Shown here: piece after piece, positions 35,061 through 43,066 of the stretch
Position numbering within the stretch: position 1 is the stretch's first letter
Layout of the letters: each line of letters opens with the position of its first letter
NCBI GenBank assembly: GCA_002104905.1
Contig: MCFE01000708.1
Location: 1 to 43,066, forward strand
DNA: 43,066 nt
Origin: Basidiobolus meristosporus CBS 931.73
Lineage: Eukaryota > Fungi > Basidiobolomycota
Direction of reading: 5' to 3'
Made by a program: the position numbers and the translations under genes
Notes under the pieces: generated by a model
Seen by the model: the letters and a program-made list of their open reading frames with translations, nothing else
The model's database searches: none
What the model was told of the DNA's origin: nothing

Positions 35061-35381
35061 TACTGTGAAAACTTTCAAACTTGCAACACATGTAATATTT
35101 GATTGGTATTTGGCCTTGGGTTCAATGGTAGTTTGCTGGTATTCAGCTGGTGCATTTCCTTCAGATTGCTGGTCAAAATTTTTAGTAAAAGTAGCAAGCT
35201 GTTGATTACCAAATTTGGCATCAATGCTAGTTTGCCTAGTGTCTGCCTAGCAGATATGTCTGCTTCTCTGCCAAACAGCAAGAACTTGATACATTGAGAG
35301 TAGTAGCTTCTGAAAAACTTGGAATTCAGATGATAGTGCAATATTATTTGACTGGCCTTTACTCAGTTTTTTCACTTAGGG
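35061..35381 (+). mobile_element. Non-autonomous CACTA/CMC-type element (MITE), copy 1, 321 bp
   Basis: Termini TACTGTGAAAA (eroded) and CACTTAGGG; 3-bp TSD ACA at 35058-60 and 35382-84; body similar to copy 3. Confidence 0.75.
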
Positions 35382-35768
35382 ACATTGCACCACAAAATCA
35401 CCCCTCTTAAAAGTTTCACCCACTCTTGCCAGGAGTGTTCCACACAAGGTGTAAACAAGTAACTACTAATAACTTCTGCTTACTAACTTCAGCACACATA
35501 TACCTTTGCTGCAAAGGAACACTTGCAATATCTGGGGCTAATGTTCTCTTAGCAAGATTTCTGCAAAGCTGCCTTATATATTGAAATGCTGGTAGCATAT
35601 ACTTCCTTGAGGTATATCATTGTTGTTGTCACCTTTGTTGTAATTACCTCTTCAGTATTGGCAAGATATCTCTTAGAACCTAACTAACTCATTCCTTCTT
35701 TTGGCTGGAAATTAATCAATATGATAGGTATGTTTCCTTTCCTCATTATGTACATTGCAAATTGAAAG

Positions 35769-36082
35769 CCCTAAGAAAATAAAAAAAAACCTGGCAGAAT
35801 GCCATCCAATCACAAGTCATATTTTACATTTCTCTAAGCATACTACTTTCAATATCTCAGGTGCAATCAATTTGGCACATAGGCAGACGTATTTCACAGA
35901 AGAAGACTAGACCAGCTAGCATTCATACCAAGTTTGGTTACAAGCTACTAGCTACTTCCACCAATAATTGCAATCAAAACCTGTGAGGGAAAGCACCAGC
36001 TGAGTGCCTGCAAATATCATTAGAGTATCATCAGAATACTAGTAGATTATCTAACAAACCTCAGGATTTGGGTTTCATTGGG
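35769..36082 (-). mobile_element. Same MITE family, copy 2, 314 bp, inverted orientation
   Basis: Termini CCCTAAGAAAA and TTTCATTGGG; TSD AAG at 35766-68 and 36083-85; similar to the reverse complement of copy 3. Confidence 0.8.
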
Positions 36083-36086
36083 AAGG

Positions 36087-36484
36087 TGTAAGCACCCTAT
36101 GAAAAGTAATTTAAGTCCTATGACCAAGAGATATAAATGCTGCTAAGAGTCTTAGAGATATTGGAAGTAATTGGGAGGACAAGTAAATTATGCGGTTTTC
36201 ACTTAATGATTTATTGAATGTAAGAGAAGTATTTATACTTCTACATGGTCTTGGCATAACAAACACATAAAATAGGTTAGGGAAGGTCCCAAGAACATGT
36301 GTGCAAAGTTTGGGGCTGCTTGAACAGCTTTGAGAATTTTCATGTTCTGAGTAATTGGTATTTTGGTAAAAATATTCTAAGAAAATCCCAACAAGAAATA
36401 TGGTCAATATTTTCTAGGATTTGAAGGTAATGATCTAAGTGACTAAGTTAGGTGAGTATTTAGGTGGAAATACAAATTTTTACA
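36087..36484 (-). repeat. 3' LTR of copia A
   Basis: TGTAA...TTACA termini; clearly similar to 39115-39460. Confidence 0.75.
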
Positions 36485-37610
36485 GCACTCCCACTCAGCT
36501 AAATGCTCATACTGACTAGTTCTAACTTTGACCTAAGATATTTAAACTTGTGTCTAGTTAATGGCTTGGTAAATATGTCTTTAATCATTTCATCCAAAGG
36601 ACAGTAAACTAAGCTAACTAAGTTATTTTCTATAGCTTCACATATGAAATGATGTCTAATATCTATGTGCTTAGTTCTAGCATGAAAAATTGGATTTCTA
36701 CCTAGTTGTATACATCCTTGATTATCTTGAGATATGGTAATAGGCATTTTTTGACATAGGCCTAAATATGTAAAGAGCTTTCTTGACCACATTGCTTCTT
36801 TTGTATCTTCACAGGCTGCCATGTACTCTGACTCTGTGGTAGAAAGTGCTATGGTAGGTTGCTGTCTTGAATTCCGTGACATTGCTCCTTCACAGTGAGG
36901 AAAGGTGTATCCTGTGGTGGATCTTCTGCCTTCCAAATTTTGTCCCCAATCAGCATCAGAGTATCCCCAAAGATCCTGTTTTGAATTCTTATAAGTGTAT
37001 CTTAAGCAGCTATCAGCAGTTCCTTTAGGTATCTTAAAATCCACCTAACTGCAGCAATATAATCTGATCCATAGTTCTGACATGTTGGTGACAACTCCCA
37101 CCAAATATGAGATATTTGGATGTGTTCCAAGCATGCTATACATCAGACTCCCAACCATAGATTGACAAGGAAAGCCAGGGCTTTCAGATGTCACCAAGCT
37201 CTCTTGATTTTGTTGAGCTCTGACCAAGTTAAGATTTGTCTCCATTGGGGTAGCTACTGGTTTATAGTCTTCCATTTGGTACTTCTTTAGTATATCTTGA
37301 ATATAATTGGATTGGCTTAGGGTGATAGTCTAGGTACTTCTGTCTATGGAGAACTTAATCCCTAAGTAGTAATTGAGTTCTCCTAGATTGGACATCTTGA
37401 ACTCCTTAGATAGGCTGGATTTAGTTGCTTCCAATGTTGCTAGGTTATTGGTGGCTATAATAAGATCATCTACATATAGAGCTAATAGAGCTGGATTTAC
37501 TCTATCTGGCTTATAGTATATACTATAGTCAGTACTACTCCTTTTGAAACTGAAGGATTCCAAATAAGAATCTATCTTGCAATTCTAGGCTCTTTGTGAT
37601 TGTTGAGACC

Positions 37611-37930
37611 CCCTATGAAAAATCCCAAACTTGGAATTCATCTGATTTTTAGCTGGCATTCTGCTGGTACTCTGATGGTATTTTGCTCTTATTCAGCAGG
37701 TGTTTTAGGTTCAAAATTTCAAATGCAATTTTTGATGAAAGTAATGGGCAGCTAATTACCAAATTTGGTATGGATGCTGGTTTGCCTAGTCTCCTCCTGG
37801 AGAACTTGTTTGTTTGCCTGCTCATCAGCTATGAACAGAGTAACTGAGAGTTGTTGATTTTGAGAAACTTGGTATTCAGCTGATACTGTGATGGTATTTT
37901 GCTGGCCTTTTCTCATTTTTTTTCTTAGGG
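37611..37930 (+). mobile_element. Same MITE family, copy 3, 320 bp, inserted in the copia A RT
   Basis: TIR CCCTATGAAAAA / TTTTTCTTAGGG (11 of 12 match); TSD ACC at 37608-10 and 37931-33; removing it restores minus-strand CTA TAT GGT CTC AA (LYGLK). Confidence 0.92.
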
Positions 37931-38895
37931 ACCATATAGAGATTTTTTAAGCTTGCAGACCAAATGGGGGTTATCTTGGTCAGCAAACCCATCAGGCTGG
38001 TCCATATACATGTCCTCATCAAGTTCTTCATTCAAAAATGCAGTTTTTACATCCATTTGATGAATAAAAAACTCATTTTTGGCTGCAATAGCCAATATTG
38101 ATCTGATGGAATTAAACTTGGCTACTGGTGCAAGTTTTCAGTATAGTCAAGTCCTTTTGTTTGAGAGTATCCTTTGACCACAAGTCTTGCTTTGTATCTT
38201 TCAAATATACTATCAGCATTGTATTTTGTCTTGAAGACCCATTAGCATCCAATTGATTTCTGGTTGATTAGTAATTTGACCAAGTCCCAAGTTTGATTTA
38301 CCATCAGGGCCTGACTATCCTCAGTCATTACAGATCTCCAAGACTTTGTCTGAGGGCTATTTGGGGCCTCTTTTACAGTCTGGGATTCATCAATATTGAC
38401 TGAATTGGCATAGGCTAAGTTGGTATCCACATTGATATAGTAATTTGTGCTCTTTCTTGACTGGTTAGATCTCTGGATATATGATATTGTAATGATCACT
38501 TCTGACAATTGGTTGACTTGAGATCAGATCACATTGCTGCCTCACATGGCATACTAACCATAGCTCCAGTTTGAAAATGAAAAGTTAGTATAAAATTATG
38601 CTAAATATCATGCCCAGTGTAAACCTACAATTCAAAAAACATGTCAGTTGTGGTATATATATGATCAGGTGAATAAACCAAAAATAAAAGCAATGGAGGT
38701 GCAGCTATCTGATGGCTGTTGCAGGTTGAGCATTTGGCATTATGAGACTCTGGCCTTGACTCTACATAGATCATACTGAAGTAAACCCAGGAGAGGGAAA
38801 GCCAACAAATTTGTGAAATCTTTATTTCCAAGTACTAACTGAAAAAATACTACAAAACTAAAGAGGCCAGCCGGGGGGAGGTAATCACCAATAGG

Positions 38896-39460
38896 TGAAA
38901 TTTGCTGAGAGTTCTGGATATATTCAAAGTGTTTGGAAGAGTATGTAGATTATGTAGTGCTGACTCAATAACCTATTCAATGTAGAAGTAGTATTTGCAC
39001 TTATACATAGTCTTGGCAAAGAAATACATAGAGTAAGTTGAGGAAGATACTACAAACATGTGTGCTGGGTTTAAGGCTGTCTGGGCAGCTTTGAGATTTT
39101 CCAGGTTCTTGGTACTGTTGTAAGAGTTTTGGAGATACTGGAAGTAATTGGGAGGACAAGTATATTATGTGGTTTTCACTTAATGATTTATTGAATGTAA
39201 AAGTAGTTTTTACATTTCTACATGGTCTTGGCATAACAAACACATAGATTAGGCTAAGGAAGGTCCCAAGAGCATGTGTGCAAAGATTATGGCTGTTTGG
39301 ACCACTTTGAGAATCTTCATGTTGTGGGTACCTGGTATTTTGGTAAAAATATTCTAAGTAAATGCTGACAAGCATTTTGGTCAGTATTCTCTGGGATTTG
39401 AAGGTAGTGATCTAAGTGACTAAGTTAGGTGAGTACTTAGGTGGAATTACAAATCTTACA
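38896..39460 (-). repeat. 5' LTR region of copia A with an internal ~215-bp tandem duplication
   Basis: 38900-39110 and 39115-39330 are diverged copies of one unit; the tail ..taagtgactaagttaggtgagta..ttaca is shared with the 3' LTR. Confidence 0.65.
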
Positions 39461-39886
39461 TCATTAGTAAGGTCCCAATAGCATGTATGGAAAGTTTGGG
39501 GCTGCTTGGACAACTTATCAAATTTTAATATTTTAGGCGCCAGATATATTGATGAGAATATTATCAGTGAATCCCAACAAGGAGTTTCGTCAGTATTCTC
39601 TAAGATTTGTAGGTATTGGTCTAAGTGACTAAGTTAGGTGAGTATATAGGTGTAATTGAAAATAGCTACAACACTCCCACTAAAATAAAGTATCTCTCTG
39701 ATTAGTCAAAATTTTTACCAAAGATACCCAAATTTGTCTCTAGCTAGTAGTTTAGTAAAGATGTCTGCAGTTACTTCATCTGAGGACAGTAAACTAAAAT
39801 ATCTAAGTAATTTACTATAGCTGCACATATAAAATGATGTCCAATATCTATGCACTTAGTTCTAGCATATCAAGTTGGGATTTTAC
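39461..39886 (-). mobile_element. 3' end of a second copia element (B): RNase H tail, PPT and partial LTR
   Basis: YARTKCIDIGHHFI..VYCP / DEVTADIFTKLLARDKF; PPT AGTGGGAGTGT at 39681-39671; LTR-like sequence 39461-39670. Confidence 0.8.
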
Positions 39887-40583
39887 TGTTGTGCATCTAC
39901 ATTTAAAACTTGGCCAATTTTACTCTGTTTGAAAATCTAGTACCCTAACAGATTTTCCCTAACCCAAACATAACAAATCCCAGTTACAGTTTACTTTATC
40001 CCACCTCAGAATCTATTTTTAGCTATCACACCTAATCTATTTTCAAATGGTCATTACGTTATCAACCTATCTGCCAAGCCTTCCCAGGTGATTAGTCATC
40101 TGAGATCTATCCAACCACTGTGCAGTTGCCAAGACATCAGTTGTTTGATGATGTAATTTTCATTTATCTTATGCACCTATGAACACCCAAATTGATTTCA
40201 ATCAATCCAGTCCCTTGGCGCTTACTAATTCAACTTGATCAGAAAAGTATAAATAAAGTTTACTGAACCTTTTGGTTTAGTGTGTGTCTCAACAAAATTA
40301 AGATTCTGTCTCAGCAAAAATAAGAATCCAACAATTCCATTCTAGTTTCTATCCAAGCCTAGTATATCTAGCACTCCAAAGAACACCAAGCCTAGCCTGC
40401 CTAGCAAACAAATATCATTGTCTTTATAGCCAACCCAGCTATATCCAAGACCAATATTAGATCAGAATCTTTCTGCTAATATTTCGGCCACTCTCTGACA
40501 ATTCTAAGATTCTGCACTTAATTGTCCCTTTGGTTCAGTTAAACCATTCAAGAGTTTTATTACACTTTCTCTTGGATACAACA
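39887..40583 (+). repeat. Putative 5' LTR of the gypsy element, 697 bp
   Basis: Inverted termini TGTTGT...ACAACA; copia B coding sequence stops exactly at 39886; TATAAATA at 40248-40255. The partner LTR lies outside the window. Confidence 0.6.
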
Positions 40584-40623
40584 TTTTTTTTGTTGAATTC
40601 CATTACATTCAGCCAATTAGAAG

Positions 40624-43066
40624 ATGTCCTCAGCAGCAAGCAATCCAAACCTTTCCATGTTGGAAGAAGCCAGAAGAAATCAGGAAGAACTTACTGAACA
40701 GCTTGAAAACATCATGCTTGAAAGAAACACCATGATGCTTGAGCACTCAAAGCTTGCCAAAACAAGATCTGATAATCACCGTAGAGATGAACTCCTTGAA
40801 GTTATATCCGGTTACCAAGATGAAATTGGAATAATTAAGGAAGCACTGGAGAATATTGCCATAGTAATTGACAGCATTGGAAATCCGCCAAGCCTTGCTC
40901 TGCATCAGTCACCAAGAAGTCATGCCTTTGAATCCTCCAGATCTACATCTCCTTCTAGACCTGCCCTGGTGGTTGTCCCAAGATCCTTGCCTGTTTATGC
41001 TGAAGGCACCAATGCCATCAAGAATCCAACTGAGTTTCTTTACAAGATTAGTCACATCTTAGCTGCACACCAGCTAGACCCTGACACCAACTGGGCTAGA
41101 CTTCTGCCTCTCTGTCTCACAATGCAAGATGCTGACTGGGTTGAAGTGAACATTCCTTCCAATAGTACGTGGAAAATTGCCCAAAACCTCTTTTGCAGCC
41201 ATATTGAGGATCCTCTCAAGAAAGCACATCTGAACTGTGACTTATGGAAAACTAAAATGCAAAAAGGTGAATCTGTGCAACACTTCTGTGATAGATTCCA
41301 AAGACAAATGAGACTAGCTGGAGTTAGTGATGATAATCCTTTGCTTACTGCTCATTTTCTTTCAAACTTTTCACACCAGCTACAGAGCAATATTGCTATT
41401 GTCAAAGCATGCAACCCTGCACATACCTATGACCAGATCTCAGAGATATGTACACTGGCAATCATCTTGACTGCAGCTGTCAGCCAGACTTCAGGCAACT
41501 CAACCCAAGATCCCACAATAGCCAGAAAAGAGACCAGTCATGTGACCAAGAAGCAGTCAACTGCTACCAAGCACTGTGAGCTTCATGGAAAATGATATCA
41601 TTCTACCAGTGAATGCAAAGGCATCACCAAGCAGTCAAACAAGTCAGGAAACACCTCAGAAAAGCAGCAAAACACCAAAACTGATAATCCATATGCTGAT
41701 GACAAGTGCTTTAAATGTGAAAATATGGGACATAGATCACCTGCCTGCCCTGAGAAGAACTCCACACCATCAGCCAAAATTACCCAGATCCTTGATGATC
41801 ATTCAGCCAATGATACAATGGGGTATGAAGAAGCATATGAAGAACTTACAGTTCAAGATTATCACAACCTCTTTGAGTTTCCAGCTAAAATTGCAACTGT
41901 TCAAGAAAAGAAGCAACCAATCACACAGCTCAAAGCCATAGAAGTGCCACTCACCCTCAATGGCCAATCATACATAGCACTACTGGATACTGGATCATCC
42001 AACTCTATTGTATCACCCAATGTAGTCAGAGATCTCAATTTGGAGATAGAAAAACAACCAGGAAAAATTGTTCTTGCAGCTAAGGATCTCTCAGCCCCAA
42101 GAATTGGCATTACCAACCCAATCAACATACATTGTGGCTCAGTAACCATAATCCATCAGATGGAAGTTATTGACATACCAGATGGACCTCAGGTAGTCAT
42201 TGGTCTGGACACCTTCACCAAACTTGGCTTTTACATAGGTGGACTACCAGTTTCCTATCCAGGATTCACTATATCTCAGCCGCTCATGATGGATCAAATC
42301 CCAGAGATTATCTCATCCCAACAGAAAGAAGAAGAGTTAACCCCAACTTTTCAAGAATATTCTCAATCAGTCAAATTGGATATTCAGCCGGCCATAGAGA
42401 GAAATCAGGCCATTCCAAGGAACAGCTTCTGCACCATCCCAGAATCCATTGTTACACCAGAGACCCCACCTGGTGAGTCAACATGGAGGAGGCAATACCC
42501 AATTCCGCATTCATGTCAACACTTAGTTGATGAGATAGTCCAAAAATGGGCTGACAATGGAATTATCACTCAAGCTCCTGTCAACACAACATTCACCAGC
42601 CCTTTGACGCTTGCACCAAAGAAAGATGCTGATGGAAATCTAACCCTGAAGAGGCCCTGTTTGGACCCCAGACCTCTGAACAAGCTTCTCCAAGATGACA
42701 AGTTTCCAATTCCAAGAATCCAAGATATCTTCTCTGCACTATCAGGAGCAAAAGTATTCTCCAAGTTGGACTTGAAGGATGCATATCACTGATTCCAGAT
42801 CCATCCTGATCATCAGCATAAAACTGCCTTTACTTGGAATAATAGGCAATGGATGTTTCAGGGAGCTCCCTTTAGCCTAAACACACTTACCAGCAAGTTT
42901 CAGAGAGTCATGACTATAATACTCAAGAATGCACCATACACATTGGTATTTGTTGATGATGTCATCATATTTTCCACTAACTGTGATGATCATGCAACCC
43001 ATGTCACTGATGTAATCAACAGACTGACAACTGCTGGACTGATTCTCAATGCTGAAAAGTGCAGTT
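40624..43066 (+). pseudogene. Single-frame gag-pol interrupted by two in-frame TGA codons (41593-95, 42790-92)
   Basis: ORFs 40624-41595 and 41725-42792 and the run to the window end share one frame; no frameshift seen. Confidence 0.85.

Larger units (their letters stand above)
36087..39460 (-). mobile_element. Ty1/copia LTR retrotransposon A, internally deleted and degenerate
   Basis: RT (WDLVKL, YKARLVVKG, HQMDVKTAFLN, KKSLYG, LALYVDDL) and RNase H (GYSDADW, STTESEY, DNQGCI, HARTKHIDIRHHF, DIFTKPL); PPT GAGTGGGAGTGC next to the LTR at 36484; PBS-like TGGTGATTAC at 38890-38881. Confidence 0.9.
39887..43066 (+). mobile_element. Ty3/gypsy LTR retrotransposon, 5' part, truncated by the window end
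   Basis: Putative LTR 39887-40583, then gag, zinc knuckle CFKCENMGHRSPAC, protease ALLDTGS, and RT (RPCLDPRPLN, FSKLDLKDAYH, KTAF, FVDDVIIFS) in gypsy order. Confidence 0.93.

Noticed and set aside
34600-35768. Host sequence around MITE copies 1 and 2 as a MULE/FAR1-like transposase
   Set aside because: Only a vague CxC..H pattern; CpG loss suggests TE origin, but the family cannot be supported.
1-43066. tRNA, rRNA, spliceosomal snRNA, CRISPR arrays, telomeric repeats, bacterial HGT genes
   Set aside because: No diagnostic motifs seen by eye; tRNAscan-SE and Infernal would be needed to exclude them formally.

Overview
Eukaryotic nuclear DNA from a fungus. The short 50-72 nt GT-AG introns and the protein sequences suggest an early-diverging lineage such as Zoopagomycota or Mucoromycota; this is inference, not a database result. 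About 1-32 kb is gene-bearing: ISA1, a secreted 10-Cys protein, a Gti1/Pac2 (WOPR) factor, a fatty-acid elongase, a trihelix/Myb-SANT-like protein, an intronless FKS1 with divergent echinocandin hot spots, a 16-exon DH-PH-FYVE-FYVE-like RhoGEF, RPS11 with a 1-bp frameshift, a PY-motif membrane protein, a NudC/NPY1 pyrophosphatase and several small orphans, including a 64-aa PP1-docking-motif microprotein. Faint LINE-RT fossils lie in four spacers. From about 34.6 kb to the end is an almost CpG-free nest of transposons. It holds three copies of a ~320-bp CACTA/CMC-type MITE with 3-bp TSDs, an internally deleted Ty1/copia element, the 3' end of a second copia, and a Ty3/gypsy element inserted into that second copia. 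The gypsy gag-pol frame is broken only by two probable CGA>TGA stops, and it may prime reverse transcription without a tRNA (Tf1-like). All gene models, counts and alignments were made by eye.
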